Below, piece by piece: positions 30,200 through 41,700 of a DNA stretch of 64,000 bases. How positions within the stretch are numbered: the first letter of the stretch is position 1; each line of letters begins with the position of its first letter. A model generated the notes under the pieces. It did no database searches and was not told where the DNA came from. It was given only the letters and a program-made list of their open reading frames with translations. The stretch comes from an uncultured Actinomycetota bacterium (GTDB lineage: Bacteria; Actinomycetota; Actinomycetes; Propionibacteriales; Propionibacteriaceae). A program made the position numbers and the translations under genes. The stretch spans positions 127,322-191,321 of the forward strand of contig CAVTFS010000012.1 in assembly GCA_963734005.1 (NCBI GenBank), read 5' to 3'.

Positions 30200-31539
30200 C
30201 GGGCCGCCTCGAGGTCTGACGCACCGCGGCGGCCACCGACCTCGATGCCTGCGGACTCGGCGACCAGCTCGATGATGTCGGCGACCTCGATCCCGGCCTT
30301 GTGTCCCGCAGTCGCAAGCGGACGCTCCGACCAGACGCACGCACTTACCAGCATGTCGACGTCGAGCTCTTTGGCCCTGGCCACGCGAGTGTCACTGATC
30401 GCCTCGGTGATTTCGGGCTTCTCGATCGGGAGTCCGCCGCCACCACCTGAGCAGTAGGACCACTGCGTCACATGATCAACGTCTTTGAAGATCAAACCCG
30501 GGATCGAGTTCAGGATGAAGCGCGGTGCCTCGTGGATCCCCTTGCGCTTGTTGAGGCGGCAAGGGTCGTGGTAGGTGACCGTTTTGTTGATCGGCGTCTC
30601 GAGCTTGAGCTGGCCGTTCTTGATCAGATCGGCGACCAGCTCGACGATCTGCACCACCTCGATGTCGAAGTCCTCCCCGAAATACGCCGGGTAGTCCTCG
30701 GTGAAGTGGATGTAATCGTGCGGCTCAATGGCGATGACTCGCTTGACGCCGGAGGCGCGCCAGTCCGCCAGATTGTGCTCGGCGAAAGCCCGGGACTGCT
30801 GGACGTACCCCATCTCGGCGGCCGGACCACCGCAGCACCACTGCTCGTTCATCAGGCCGAACTCGAAGCCCGCCTGCTGCAGCACCTGGGCGGTGGCACG
30901 GGTGTTCGACGTGCGATAGAACGCGGCCTCGCAGTCGACGAACATGATCGTCTCGCCGCCGATCGGGATCTGGAGACCTGCTGCCCAGTCGCGGACGTGC
31001 TCCTGGCCGTTGGGCTGGCCGTTCTCTGTGCCGAGCACGGGCTCGTTCTTGAGTTCGTTTGTCAGCCGGTTCCAGAGCTTCCAACCGTCCCTGTCCAACC
31101 CTTTGTCCACCATCAGTGCCCGTGCGGCCCGTACGACCTTCACCGTCTCGGTCCGTGCCTGATAGAAGTCACCGACGAACAAGGTGTTCGGGCACCGAAT
31201 CTCACACGCTCCGCACTGGGTGCAGTGGACGTAGTCATCGGCGACGTCGGAGATGTCGAGCAGGCCCTTGTCCATCGCAATGATGTTGGCGTGGAAGGCG
31301 GTCGGTGTGTGGTTCTCGTTCCGCGTCACCTGGGTTACCGGGCAGACCTCGCGGCAGAACTTGTGGCCGGACGAGAAGCAGTTGTAGCCGTTCTGCCGCC
31401 ACCTCTCGACGAACTCACGCTGGAGTTGCCCGTCCTGACCTGCTGCGGAAGCTTGGCTTGTTGAGTCATCGAAAGTCACTGCTAACCCCTTGTCGGCAGG
31501 GGGCGCCGTCGCGCGCTCCACGATGGACGTGCTTTGCAC
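30196..31539 (-). CDS. Fe-S binding protein with two CCG domains (GlcF/HdrD-like)
   Basis: CTQCGACEIRCP, WCCGG, TYHDPCRL, CSGGGGG, SAC. Confidence 0.88.
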   Translation of the reverse strand: MQSTSIVERATAPPADKGLAVTFDDSTSQASAAGQDGQLQREFVERWRQNGYNCFSSGHKFCREVCPVTQVTRNENHTPTAFHANIIAMDKGLLDISDVADDYVHCTQCGACEIRCPNTLFVGDFYQARTETVKVVRAARALMVDKGLDRDGWKLWNRLTNELKNEPVLGTENGQPNGQEHVRDWAAGLQIPIGGETIMFVDCEAAFYRTSNTRATAQVLQQAGFEFGLMNEQWCCGGPAAEMGYVQQSRAFAEHNLADWRASGVKRVIAIEPHDYIHFTEDYPAYFGEDFDIEVVQIVELVADLIKNGQLKLETPINKTVTYHDPCRLNKRKGIHEAPRFILNSIPGLIFKDVDHVTQWSYCSGGGGGLPIEKPEITEAISDTRVARAKELDVDMLVSACVWSERPLATAGHKAGIEVADIIELVAESAGIEVGGRRGASDLEAAR

Positions 31540-31544
31540 AATAT

Positions 31545-31567
31545 TTGACGGCCGTACGGACCGTCAA
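31545..31567. promoter_or_regulatory. Near-perfect palindrome in the divergent promoter region
   Basis: TTGACGG-CCGTACGG-A-CCGTCAA between the divergent Fe-S and LLM genes. Confidence 0.45.
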
Positions 31568-31706
31568 TGAAACGAAACAGTGCGGAAACCTGCATTCTCG
31601 GCCGCAACTGTGGACCGTCTGCGACCGAGATGATCTGATGGAGACACACCCCTGCCGCGGCGCCATTCGCCGTGTCCGAACAATGTGATCCCAGAGGGAG
31701 GGCGAC

Positions 31707-32756
31707 ATGAGGTTTAGTTACGTGATGCTCCCGGACTACCCACTCGAGGAGTCGTTACGGGCCATAAAGCTGGCCGACGAGTTGGGTTTCTACGGTTGCT
31801 ACGCCGCCGACGAGACATGGCACAAGGACTTGTGGCTGCTCTTCGCGGCCGCGGCGAGGGACACCACGAACATCCGCTTGGGGCCGAGCCTCTCCGGGGT
31901 GGTGCTGCGCGAGCCCACCCTCATCGCCCAAGCGGCTGCGACTCTCGATGAGCTCACCAACGGTCGCGCCGAGGTGGTCCTCGGATCAGGCAACTTCGGC
32001 CTGCTGTCCCAGTACGACATCAACTGGGCACGGACCAAGCCGCTGTCCCGGCTTAAGGAGGGCGTCCAGGTGATCCGGACCTTGCTCGACGAGGGCGCCA
32101 TCACGTTTGACGGCGAGTTCTTCAAGTACCACGGCCTGTTCACGTTCGCGCGGCCGGTCCAGGAGCGGTTGCCCGTCAAGATGGGGTCCATGCGTGGCCC
32201 GAAGTCGTTCGCGGTCGCCGGTGAGTTCTCTGACGGCTGCCACCATGCGCTCGGCTACACCCGACGGGCCTACGAGTATGGATTCGAACACTTCAGCGCC
32301 GGTGCCGAGAGGGCTGGGAAGAACCCAGACGACCTTGACTTCGCGGCTTGGGTTTGTACCGCGATCGGGCGCGATTCGGCTGCAGCGAAGCAGGCAGCCC
32401 GCTCGATGGTCGGGATCTACGCCTCCTCCATGCCGAATGAGCTACTCGAACGGAACGGGGTCGACCCGGCGGAGCTCACCCCCATTGTCGAAGCCATGGG
32501 TGAAGGGAATCTGGCCAAGAGCATTGAACTCACCAGTCCAGAGCTGGCGGAGAAGCTGTCGATCGCCGGCACACCCGAGGAAGTCACGACCAAGATCAAG
32601 ACCGAGCTCGAGGGTACCGGTGTCAACCACTACATCGCCGCAATCACTGACGCCTCTCTGGTGAAGGCCTTTACCGGGCAAACGGTCGAAGGAGTAGCCA
32701 CTGTCGAGGAGCAACTGCGGCTGCTCGCGGAGGAGGTCATGCCGAACTTCCGCTGA
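31707..32756 (+). CDS. LLM class flavin/F420-dependent oxidoreductase (Mer-like)
   Basis: LADELGF, TTNIRLG, ATLDELTNGRA..LGSG, IAGTPEEV. Confidence 0.88.
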   Translation: MRFSYVMLPDYPLEESLRAIKLADELGFYGCYAADETWHKDLWLLFAAAARDTTNIRLGPSLSGVVLREPTLIAQAAATLDELTNGRAEVVLGSGNFGLLSQYDINWARTKPLSRLKEGVQVIRTLLDEGAITFDGEFFKYHGLFTFARPVQERLPVKMGSMRGPKSFAVAGEFSDGCHHALGYTRRAYEYGFEHFSAGAERAGKNPDDLDFAAWVCTAIGRDSAAAKQAARSMVGIYASSMPNELLERNGVDPAELTPIVEAMGEGNLAKSIELTSPELAEKLSIAGTPEEVTTKIKTELEGTGVNHYIAAITDASLVKAFTGQTVEGVATVEEQLRLLAEEVMPNFR

Positions 32757-32791
32757 CTCACCGAATTGGTTGATGCGGCCGCGCGGGGAGT

Positions 32792-33178
32792 TCAGGCCGG
32801 CGCGGGACCGTCTACGTTGAATGTTGACTCTCCAGCACCTGCCCGCACGACGATGATGTCAGATGGCTCGGAGGAGGGGTTGCTCTCCCGGTGTATGGCG
32901 CCCTTCGGCACATAGACGAAATCCCCAGGACTCGCCTCTACGGTGTGGCCGCCATTGGGACCGAATTCCATCTTCAGACCACCACGGAGGACATAGATCA
33001 CCGTTTCGTGGTCCCCGTGATGATGCCAGCCAGACGTCATCCCTGGCTCGGTAGTGACGAAGCCCGACCACGTACGGTCGGTCGCGAATGCTTGCTTCCT
33101 TTCCATCCCCGGTGTGGCCGGTCCAGGCGTACGTTGCGCCGGAGTTACTAGAAGGACAGGGTCTTGCTGGTTTTCCAT
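32792..33178 (-). CDS. Cupin domain protein
   Basis: SGWHHHGDHET..YVLRG, PGDFVYVPKGAIHRESN. Confidence 0.88.
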   Translation of the reverse strand: MENQQDPVLLVTPAQRTPGPATPGMERKQAFATDRTWSGFVTTEPGMTSGWHHHGDHETVIYVLRGGLKMEFGPNGGHTVEASPGDFVYVPKGAIHRESNPSSEPSDIIVVRAGAGESTFNVDGPAPA

Positions 33179-33374
33179 GACTGCTCCCTTTAGCAGGGTC
33201 ACGAGCAGCGAGGTTCTTGCCGCACCTGCATCAGTGGCCTCGGACCATCGTCCCACTTCGATTGGTGTAGTTGGGTCGCGGAAGGTGAGCTGATTCACCC
33301 TGAACAGCCCTCCTAATGGGTATGCAATTTCGCGTTCCGCGTAGGGTCGAAGTGGTCTTGAGATTGGCATCACC

Positions 33375-34235
33375 ATGACGGTAAGCATGGGAATCCCGGG
33401 GATGGACGAGGTTGATCCGGGAACGCATATCTGCGCTCTTTACTCGGGTCCGGCCGAGCGTGACAGCCTGCTGTTCCCGTTCCTACGGGAAGGGATCCGC
33501 GAGGGCGACAAGTGCCTCTGCCTGATCGATGACGCCGAACCAGCGTCGGTTCGTGACCAGGTTGAGGAGCAGCAAAACGGTGATCTGCCCCATCAGTCCA
33601 AGCAGCTCGACGTCGATCGGGCGTCTGAGGTTTACCTGCAATCGGGGCGATTCTCGGTCGGACAGATGATCTCCTTCCTCGCAGTACGCATGACCCAGGC
33701 TGCTGAGTCGGAATTCCCACTGCTGAGGGCGGCGGGGGAGATGTCCTGGGTGCTGCCGAAACCCGACGGGGCCGAGGACTTCTTCGCATATGAGTCGGCC
33801 GTCAACCAGATCGTCGAGGACAAGCCCGCGGTCTTCATGTGCATGTACGACCTACAACGCTTCGGCATCTCCATGCTCGTCGATGTGCTGAAGACCCATC
33901 GGAAAGTGCTGCTGGACGGGATGGTGCTCGATAACCCTCACCGTCTGATGCCGACGCAGTATCTGGCCGAACAAACCACCTCCGCTACGACCCAATATCC
34001 GCTCGCGAATGTTCTGCGGCCGCGAACCGGCGCAGTATCTGACCCGTGGCGAACACTCACAGATGCTGAGCTCCGCGTATCGGAGCTCGTGGCCGGCGGC
34101 CTCACGAACCGGAACATAGCGGAGTACCTGAAACTCTCGCCCCACACCGTCGATGCGCACCTCAGGCACATCTACACCAAGTTGGACATCCACTCTCGCG
34201 TCGAACTCACCGTACTGGCTCTTCAGCACCGTTAG
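33375..34235 (+). CDS. MEDS sensory domain plus LuxR HTH transcriptional regulator
   Basis: GTHICALY, PFLREG, RAAGEMSW, YESAVN, CMYDL (MEDS); LTDAELRV..GLTNRNIA..TVDAHLRHIYTKL (LuxR). Confidence 0.88.
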   Translation: MTVSMGIPGMDEVDPGTHICALYSGPAERDSLLFPFLREGIREGDKCLCLIDDAEPASVRDQVEEQQNGDLPHQSKQLDVDRASEVYLQSGRFSVGQMISFLAVRMTQAAESEFPLLRAAGEMSWVLPKPDGAEDFFAYESAVNQIVEDKPAVFMCMYDLQRFGISMLVDVLKTHRKVLLDGMVLDNPHRLMPTQYLAEQTTSATTQYPLANVLRPRTGAVSDPWRTLTDAELRVSELVAGGLTNRNIAEYLKLSPHTVDAHLRHIYTKLDIHSRVELTVLALQHR

Positions 34236-34427
34236 GCACGGCCTGCCAAGCCTGCGTTGCGCGTCTGGAGACGGCTTATGAGGGCCGGATCAAGTTCGTC
34301 ACTGCAGCGTGTGATACGGACCGCCAGTTGGTCGCAGATCGGAGAACTACCCCATTCACGGGATGCGACCCCGCCTGCGCCGCGGCAAGATGATCAAGTT
34401 AGGCGAATCTGGCGACGGGAGTGAGCC

Positions 34428-36326
34428 ATGGCAACGGCAGTAGGCATCGATCTCGGGACAACGAATTCAGTCATTGCGGCGATGGAGGGGGGACAGCCCG
34501 AAGTCATCCCAAACGCTGAGGGCAACCGCACAACGCCCTCCGTTGTCGCCTTTCTCGACTCCGGCGAGCGGCTGGTCGGACAAATGGCCAGGAGGCAGGC
34601 GATCCTCAACCCGAAGGGCACCATCTATTCAGCCAAGCGGTTCATCGGCCGCAAGTACCACGAGGTGACCAGCGAGCTCAACGCCGTCTCCTTCGATGTC
34701 GTGCCGGGGCCTGACGATGCGGCACGGTTTGAGGTGAATGGCAAGCAATACGCCCCCGAAGAAATCTCGGCACAAGTGCTGCGCAAGCTCGTCGACGACG
34801 CGGGCAAGCACCTCGGTGAAAGGGTCACCGAAGCCGTGATCACTGTGCCCGCGTACTTCAACGACGCACAGCGCCAAGCGACCAAGGACGCCGGACGCAT
34901 TGCCGGATTAGAGGTGCTCCGGATCATCAATGAACCCACTGCAGCGGCCTTGGCGTACGGCATGGACAAGCTCGAGAACGAGACGGTCCTCGTCTTCGAT
35001 CTCGGCGGCGGCACGTTCGACGTCAGCATCCTGACGGTCGGCGAAGGGGTAGTTGAGGTCATGGCGACCGCCGGCGACACTCATCTGGGCGGCGACGACT
35101 TCGACCGCAGGATCGTTGACTACCTCGCCGACGAGTTCAAGAAGTCCAACGGCATCGACTTGCGCAACGATCCGCAAGCGTTGCAGCGCTTGTTCGAGGC
35201 TGCGGAGAAGGCAAAGGTCGAGCTGTCGGCTGTTAGCCAGACCGCAGTAAATCTGCCGTTCGTCACGGCAGACGCGTCGGGACCAAAGCACCTGAACGTC
35301 AATCTCATGCGGTCGACTTTCGACCAGCTCACTGCGGACCTGGTTGAGAGGTGCCTCGCTCCGGTGAAGCAGGCCATGGAGGACGCGAAGGTCACCGCCG
35401 ACGACATTGATCAGGTCATCCTCGTCGGCGGGTCAACGCGTATCCCGGCCGTGCAGGCACTGGTACGCCGACTGTCGGGGAGCCGGGAACCGAACATGAC
35501 CGTCAACCCGGACGAGGTGGTGGCCATTGGCGCCGCGATCCAAGCGGCGATCATCAAGGGCCAAGTGAAGGATGTACTCCTGCTCGACGTCACCCCGCTC
35601 TCTCTGGGTCTGGAGACCCTCGGCGGCGTGATGACCAAGGTCATCGAGCGCAATACCACGATCCCGGCTCGGCGTACCGAGATCTTCAGCAGCGCCGAGG
35701 ACAACCAGTCCGCCGTTGACGTCGTGGTCCTGCAAGGAGAAAGAGAGCGTGCCAGCGACAACCGGGTACTCGGCCGATTCCGTCTCGAGAAGATCCGGCC
35801 CGCACCACGCGGCGTGCCCCAGATCGAGGTCACGTTCGACATCGACGCCAACGGCATTCTGCACGTCTCGGCGCGCGACAAGGACACCGGCGCCGAGCAG
35901 CAGATCACCATCAGCGAGACGTCGAACCTGAACCAGGGGGAGATCGAACGAATGGTCGCCGATGCCGAGGCGCACCGCAGCGAGGACGCCGCATTGCGCG
36001 CGCAGGTGGACGCGCGCAACGAGCTGGACACCGTCGCCTATCAGGTACAGCGGACACTGGACGAGAGCGCAGGGAGGATTCCCGAGCACGAGCGCGCCCG
36101 CGCGGAGCTGCTGGTCAATGATGCGCGCACCGCGCTGGAGGAACAGGCGGACATTGATCGGCTGCGCGCCCTGACGGGTGAGTTGCATCAGGTTCAGCAG
36201 TCGCTGGTTGCTTCGGCACGGACTGGTGCCACAGCTGGGGCATCAGCTGGTCAGTCGGAAAGCTCGAGCGGGGAATCGGGCGACGACTCCGACGACGTGA
36301 TCGACGCCGAGTTCACTACCCGCTGA
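34428..36326 (+). CDS. dnaK: Molecular chaperone DnaK (accessory copy)
   Basis: [44 protein letters not shown]. Confidence 0.98.
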   Translation: MATAVGIDLGTTNSVIAAMEGGQPEVIPNAEGNRTTPSVVAFLDSGERLVGQMARRQAILNPKGTIYSAKRFIGRKYHEVTSELNAVSFDVVPGPDDAARFEVNGKQYAPEEISAQVLRKLVDDAGKHLGERVTEAVITVPAYFNDAQRQATKDAGRIAGLEVLRIINEPTAAALAYGMDKLENETVLVFDLGGGTFDVSILTVGEGVVEVMATAGDTHLGGDDFDRRIVDYLADEFKKSNGIDLRNDPQALQRLFEAAEKAKVELSAVSQTAVNLPFVTADASGPKHLNVNLMRSTFDQLTADLVERCLAPVKQAMEDAKVTADDIDQVILVGGSTRIPAVQALVRRLSGSREPNMTVNPDEVVAIGAAIQAAIIKGQVKDVLLLDVTPLSLGLETLGGVMTKVIERNTTIPARRTEIFSSAEDNQSAVDVVVLQGERERASDNRVLGRFRLEKIRPAPRGVPQIEVTFDIDANGILHVSARDKDTGAEQQITISETSNLNQGEIERMVADAEAHRSEDAALRAQVDARNELDTVAYQVQRTLDESAGRIPEHERARAELLVNDARTALEEQADIDRLRALTGELHQVQQSLVASARTGATAGASAGQSESSSGESGDDSDDVIDAEFTTR

Positions 36327-36332
36327 TCGATC

Positions 36333-36869
36333 ATGTCTGAGCAGCAGACGCACTCACAGGAGAGCAGCGAGCAGCAGACGCCCGGGCCTGGGAGCCGCGA
36401 ACAGCAGCCTTCCGGGCGTGACCCTCTCGAGGAAGCCCGAGCACGGATTTCCGAGTTGGAGGACAACTGGCGGCGTGCCGCAGCTGAGCTGGACAACTTC
36501 CGGAAACGATGCGCCAAGGACCTGGTGCGGGCGCGGCAACAGGAAAGAGCGAGAACCGCCGCCGGCTGGCTGCCGGTGCTGGACAACTTGGAACGCGCTC
36601 TCGAGCATGCGTCGTCCGATCCGGAACACATCATCGAGGGGGTAAGTGCGATACACCAGCAGGCCCTGTCGGTGCTCGCCAACCTCGGCTTTCCGCGGCG
36701 CGACGACACCGGCAAAGCCTTCGACCCGGCCCTCCACGAGGCGGTCGGCACCGTTGCCGATGAAGAGCTCGTTCCGGGCACGGTAGCTCAGGTGGTACGT
36801 GCCGGGTATGGATCGGACGACGAGATCCTGCGCCCTGCGGCCGTGGTGGTGGCAACCAGGAGTGATTGA
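36333..36869 (+). CDS. grpE: Nucleotide exchange factor GrpE
   Basis: AELDNFRKR, LPVLDNLERAL, FDPALHEAV, GY..ILRPAAVVV. Confidence 0.95.
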   Translation: MSEQQTHSQESSEQQTPGPGSREQQPSGRDPLEEARARISELEDNWRRAAAELDNFRKRCAKDLVRARQQERARTAAGWLPVLDNLERALEHASSDPEHIIEGVSAIHQQALSVLANLGFPRRDDTGKAFDPALHEAVGTVADEELVPGTVAQVVRAGYGSDDEILRPAAVVVATRSD

Positions 36870-37822
36870 TGGCACAGGACTTCTACGAGGTCCTCGGTGT
36901 TCCCAGGAACGCCGACCAGTCCGAGATCCAACGCTCCTACCGGAAACTGGCTCGGACCCATCACCCTGACGTCAACAAAGACCCCTCGGCCGAGGCACGA
37001 TTCAAAGAGATTTCTGAGGCGTACGACGTGCTCTCCGATCCGGAGCTGCGTAAGCGGTACGACGCATTCGGTGAAGAGTTCCGTCGCGTGCCACCCGACG
37101 TGGATCCCGAAGCGTGGCGTCAGGCACGTGCTTATGCAGGGGCAGGGCCCGGCGGTCCAGGACCGGGAGGACCGCGCTGGTCCGGAGGAGGCGTCCGGTA
37201 CACCGATGTCGAAGAGGACATCGACCTCGAGGACCTTCTCGGCGGTATTTTCGGTGGCCGTGGCCGGACCAATCGGGGCCCGATTCCCGGTTCCGATCAG
37301 GAGATCGACGCAGAGATCACCGTCGAGGAGGCCTACCACGGAACCCAGCGCAGCCTGACCATCACCGGCCCAGACGGCGCGCGCAGCCTTGATGTCAACA
37401 TCCCCGCCGGAGTGGTGGATGGGCAGCGGATCCGGCTGCGTGGACAGGGCGGCCGTGGTGCTAACGGAGGACAGTCGGGCGACCTGTATTTGATCGTCCG
37501 GATCGCGCCACATCCGCGATACCGGGTGTCGGGTCGCGACCTGACTGCGCTGCTGCCACTCTCACCGTCGGAAGCCGCGCTCGGAGCGGCGGTCCGCATC
37601 GACACCCCGGGAGGCTCGGCGACGATCAACGTTCCGCCCGGTACGTCTAGTGGGCGGCGGCTGCGCTTGAAGGGCCGGGGGCTGCCGAATCGCCGAGGCG
37701 AGCCGGGTGATTTCTACGCCGAGGCCCAAATCAGGGTGCCTGCGACTCTCTCAGGGGAAGAGAGGCGGCTCTTCGAGGAGCTTCGACAGCGGTCCACATT
37801 CAACCCGAGGGATCAGCGATGA
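36866..37822 (+). CDS. Class B J-domain protein without zinc finger (CbpA/DnaJ-like)
   Basis: HPD motif, G-rich linker, GDLYL, no CxxCxGxG repeats. Confidence 0.92.
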   Translation: MMAQDFYEVLGVPRNADQSEIQRSYRKLARTHHPDVNKDPSAEARFKEISEAYDVLSDPELRKRYDAFGEEFRRVPPDVDPEAWRQARAYAGAGPGGPGPGGPRWSGGGVRYTDVEEDIDLEDLLGGIFGGRGRTNRGPIPGSDQEIDAEITVEEAYHGTQRSLTITGPDGARSLDVNIPAGVVDGQRIRLRGQGGRGANGGQSGDLYLIVRIAPHPRYRVSGRDLTALLPLSPSEAALGAAVRIDTPGGSATINVPPGTSSGRRLRLKGRGLPNRRGEPGDFYAEAQIRVPATLSGEERRLFEELRQRSTFNPRDQR

Positions 37823-38139
37823 CCACCGAGCAGAGATATCCACTCGCCCGCCCGTTTCGGCTGAGCCTGGACAGCTACGCACGCATCACCGGCGTACATC
37901 CCGAACTGGTGCGCCGCTTCATAGCTCTGGGACTACTCGAGATGACCCGAGATGCTCAGGGCCACGTCTGGTTCGAGCCGTCCCAGCTGTCCGCCATGGC
38001 CAGAATCCAGCGGCTGCATAGAGAACTGAACCTCAACTATGCCTCCCTCGGCTTGATCATCGACCTGCTCGACCGGATCGCGCAGCTCGAAAGGTCGCAA
38101 CGGCATCCGGCTGCAAGAAGAGGAGATCGATGGACCTGA
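37819..38139 (+). CDS. cbpM: Chaperone modulator CbpM / MerR-like protein
   Basis: [28 protein letters not shown]; overlaps the J-protein stop codon. Confidence 0.75.
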   Translation: MTTEQRYPLARPFRLSLDSYARITGVHPELVRRFIALGLLEMTRDAQGHVWFEPSQLSAMARIQRLHRELNLNYASLGLIIDLLDRIAQLERSQRHPAARRGDRWT

Positions 38140-40766
38140 ACCGCTTGACCCAGAAATCACAGGAATCGCTGCACGACGCCCAGACCAAGGCGCTCCGCTT
38201 CGGTCACACGGAAGTGGACGGGGAGCACCTGCTCTTGTCATTGCTCGACCAAAGCGATGGGCTGGTCGGGCCACTACTCGCCCGCGCGGGGGCGGATCCG
38301 GACCGGTTGCGCGAGGACCTGGAGGCTGAGCTACGGCGCCGGCCCCGCGTTTCCGGTCCAGGCGCGGCCCCCGGTCAGGTCTTCGTTACCCAACGGCTCT
38401 CCCGTCTGATCGAGGCCGCCACGCGTGAGGCGCACCGCCTGAAGGACGAGTACGTCTCTGTGGAGCACCTGGTCGTCGCTCTGATCGACGAGGGGTCATC
38501 ATCAGCGGCTGGGAGACTGTTGCAGCAGTACGGACTGAGCCGCAATGGTTTTCTGTCCGCGCTGACCGAGATCAGGGGACACCAGCGGGTCACCTCGGCT
38601 ACGCCGGAAGGGACGTACGAGGCACTCAGCAAGTACGGCCGGGACCTGGTCGCTGAGGCGGCCGCGGGGCGGCTGGAACCGGTGATCGGGCGCGACTCCG
38701 AGATCCGCCGGACCATCCAAATCCTGTCCCGCAAGACCAAGAACAATCCGGTGCTCATCGGTGAGCCGGGTGTCGGGAAGACCGCGATTGTTGAAGGGCT
38801 GGCGCAGCGGATCAATAACGGCGACGTCCCCGAAGGACTGCGCGACAAGACAGTCTTCGCCTTGGACATGGGTTCACTGGTTGCTGGAGCGAAGTACCGC
38901 GGCGAGTTCGAGGAGCGGCTCAAAGCCGTACTCAATGAGGTGAGTAGTGCCGAAGGCCGGATTCTGCTGTTTGTCGACGAGTTGCACACCGTGGTCGGCG
39001 CCGGCGCCGCGGAAGGTGCCATGGACGCCGGCAACATGCTCAAGCCGATGCTGGCCCGAGGCGAGCTGCACATGATCGGCGCGACCACGCTCGACGAATA
39101 TCGCACCCACATTGAGAAGGACGCAGCACTCGAACGACGCTTCCAGCCGATCCTGGTCGACGAACCGAGCGTCGAGGACGCCGTCTCGATCCTGCGCGGG
39201 CTACGGGAACGCCTCGAGGTCTTCCATGGAGTCAAAATCCAGGATGGAGCGCTGGTCGCCGCGGTGACATTGAGCCACCGCTATATCTCCGACCGTTACC
39301 TCCCTGATAAGGCCATTGATCTGGTCGACGAAGCCTGCGCGATGCTGCGTACCGAGATCGACTCGATGCCTGCCGAACTCGACGAGCTGACGCGACGGGT
39401 GACCCGCATGGAGATCGAGGAGACGGCGCTTGCCAACGAGGACGACGACGCCAGCAAGCGGAGGCTCGAAGATCTGCGCCGCGAGCTCGGGGATCTGCGA
39501 GCCGAAGCCGACGCGATGCGAGCCAGGTGGGAGGCAGAGCGTCAGGCGCTCCGCGAAGTCCAGTCGTTGCGCGAAGAGCTGGAGCAGGTCAGGCATGATG
39601 CCGAACAGGCCGAGCGTGACTACGACTTGAACCGAGCCGCAACACTCCGCCACGGCAAGATTCCGGAGCTTCAGCGCAAGCTCGAGGCGGCTGAGGCCCG
39701 GCTGGCAAGCAAGCAGGGAGACCATCGGCTGCTGCGCGAGGTCGTCACCGCTGACGAGATTGCCGCCATTGTGTCGCGCTGGACCGGCATCCCAGTCACC
39801 CGGCTCCAGGAGGGTGAACGCGAGAAGCTCCTGCGGATCGACGAGGTGCTTCACCAACGGGTGATCGGCCAGGATGAGGCAGTGCAGCTGGTGGCCGATG
39901 CGATCATCCGCGCCCGGTCGGGCATCAAGGATCCACGCCGTCCGATCGGTTCCTTCATCTTCCTCGGCCCCACCGGTGTCGGGAAGACCGAGCTCGCCAA
40001 GTCTCTGGCAGCTGCTCTGTTCGACACCGAGGAGAACATGGTCCGCATCGACATGAGCGAGTACCAGGAGCGGCACACCGTGAGCCGCCTGGTGGGTGCC
40101 CCTCCCGGGTATATCGGTTATGAGGAGGGCGGCCAGCTCACCGAGGCGGTACGGCGCAAGCCATATTCGGTGATCTTGTTCGACGAGATTGAAAAGGCCC
40201 ATGTCGACGTGTTCAACACCCTGCTCCAGGTCCTCGACGACGGCCGTCTCACCGACTCTCACGGCCGTACGGTGGACTTCCGCAATACCGTGGTGATCAT
40301 GACCTCGAACATCGGATCGGAGTTCTTGATGCAGGGGGTCACGGCGGACGGAGAGATCAAGGAAGACTCGCGTCGCCTGGTGTTGGGTGCACTCCGCAGC
40401 CACTTCCCGCCGGAGTTCTTAAATCGGGTCGACGAAATCGTGCTGTTCAAGCCGCTCACGCTGGGTGAGATCGAGCGGATCGTTGACTTGCTCCTCAATG
40501 ATCTACGAGCTCGGCTCGCAGAGCGCCGGATCACACTCGTGGTCACCGAACCTGCGCTGCGTTTCATTGCCGAGCAAGGCTTTGACCCGGCGTATGGCGC
40601 CCGACCGTTGCGGCGTTTCATTGCCCGCGAGGTTGAGACGAGGGTCGGGCGAGCTTTGCTGCGAGGTGATCTTCCCGAGGGCGGCGAGGTCTTTGTTGAT
40701 CTTGTGGATGGGGAACTCACCGTGGTGCCTCGGAGCGGTCCACCGGAAGAAAGGGAAGCGGCATGA
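38130..40766 (+). CDS. clpB: ATP-dependent disaggregase ClpB
   Basis: Two AAA+ modules ([16 protein letters not shown]), coiled-coil M domain, RLVGAPPGY. Confidence 0.97.
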   Translation: MDLNRLTQKSQESLHDAQTKALRFGHTEVDGEHLLLSLLDQSDGLVGPLLARAGADPDRLREDLEAELRRRPRVSGPGAAPGQVFVTQRLSRLIEAATREAHRLKDEYVSVEHLVVALIDEGSSSAAGRLLQQYGLSRNGFLSALTEIRGHQRVTSATPEGTYEALSKYGRDLVAEAAAGRLEPVIGRDSEIRRTIQILSRKTKNNPVLIGEPGVGKTAIVEGLAQRINNGDVPEGLRDKTVFALDMGSLVAGAKYRGEFEERLKAVLNEVSSAEGRILLFVDELHTVVGAGAAEGAMDAGNMLKPMLARGELHMIGATTLDEYRTHIEKDAALERRFQPILVDEPSVEDAVSILRGLRERLEVFHGVKIQDGALVAAVTLSHRYISDRYLPDKAIDLVDEACAMLRTEIDSMPAELDELTRRVTRMEIEETALANEDDDASKRRLEDLRRELGDLRAEADAMRARWEAERQALREVQSLREELEQVRHDAEQAERDYDLNRAATLRHGKIPELQRKLEAAEARLASKQGDHRLLREVVTADEIAAIVSRWTGIPVTRLQEGEREKLLRIDEVLHQRVIGQDEAVQLVADAIIRARSGIKDPRRPIGSFIFLGPTGVGKTELAKSLAAALFDTEENMVRIDMSEYQERHTVSRLVGAPPGYIGYEEGGQLTEAVRRKPYSVILFDEIEKAHVDVFNTLLQVLDDGRLTDSHGRTVDFRNTVVIMTSNIGSEFLMQGVTADGEIKEDSRRLVLGALRSHFPPEFLNRVDEIVLFKPLTLGEIERIVDLLLNDLRARLAERRITLVVTEPALRFIAEQGFDPAYGARPLRRFIAREVETRVGRALLRGDLPEGGEVFVDLVDGELTVVPRSGPPEEREAA

Positions 40767-41215
40767 GCGCTGGAGTTGAGGACTCGACGCAGGTTGTGGT
40801 GTGTTCGAACTGTCAGACCAAGAACCGTGTTCCGGCATCCGCGCATGGCGTACCACGCTGCGGAAAGTGCCACACACCGCTGCGCTGGGTGGTGAATGGC
40901 TCCGATGCGGACTTCGCTGACTTTGTGGAAGCGTCGACCATTCCAGTGCTCGTCGACATGTGGGCACCCTGGTGCGGTCCGTGCCGGAAGGTGAGTCCTG
41001 TCCTGGAGCAACTCGCTGCTGAGTTCGCAGGGCGGCTGAAGCTGGTCAAGATCAACGCCGACGAGGCGCCGGAGCTGAGCAGCCGGTTCGAGGTGCTGGC
41101 CATCCCGACACTCATCCTCCTCGAACGTGGCAAGGTGATCGACACCCAGGTGGGAGCCGCTCCCGCTGCCGTGCTGCGAAAATGGGTCACGGAGAAGCTC
41201 GGTTTCGCGACATGA
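40763..41215 (+). CDS. Thioredoxin with N-terminal zinc ribbon (TrxC/Trx2-like)
   Basis: CSNC..CGKC plus WCGPC. Confidence 0.92.
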   Translation: MSAGVEDSTQVVVCSNCQTKNRVPASAHGVPRCGKCHTPLRWVVNGSDADFADFVEASTIPVLVDMWAPWCGPCRKVSPVLEQLAAEFAGRLKLVKINADEAPELSSRFEVLAIPTLILLERGKVIDTQVGAAPAAVLRKWVTEKLGFAT

Positions 41216-41325
41216 CTGGCAGCTCCCAAACTAAAGGGCGTGGCGCCGGCATGCCCCGGACGCCATGTGTACGCCGATACGCTTCGGCGGGCGCTTGCTT
41301 GAGCCAGCGTTGTGAGCTGCGCCTC

Positions 41326-41625
41326 TCAACCTGTCTTGAGGACCTCGTAGTGCCCGATCCAGGTGTCCTTGAGGAGGTGCTCCTCGTCTGGCGTGATCAC
41401 GGCCTCCTGCCAGCGCTCACCGGCGAACCCCCGAATCGACTCGACGTCTTCCCAGACTGTGACGTACAGATACTCCGTGGACGCAGGATCGCGCGGCTTG
41501 CCCACGTGCTGCGCAACGAGCCCTGACTGCTGCGATACAAGCGGTATGGCGGTGTCGCGCAGAAACGACTCGAACTCACTCTCTTTGCCCGGGTGGATCG
41601 TCGGCCTGAAGACGCGGATGATCAC
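41326..41625 (-). CDS. Antibiotic biosynthesis monooxygenase (ABM)-like protein
   Basis: PGKESEFE, YVTVWEDVESIRGFAG. Confidence 0.75.
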   Translation of the reverse strand: MIIRVFRPTIHPGKESEFESFLRDTAIPLVSQQSGLVAQHVGKPRDPASTEYLYVTVWEDVESIRGFAGERWQEAVITPDEEHLLKDTWIGHYEVLKTG

Positions 41626-41700
41626 GGCATTCTCCTCGCTGCGGTGGATTGCTGCACGATCCCAGTCTGATGTCTTGGTAAGTCCCAGATGGTAGATGTC

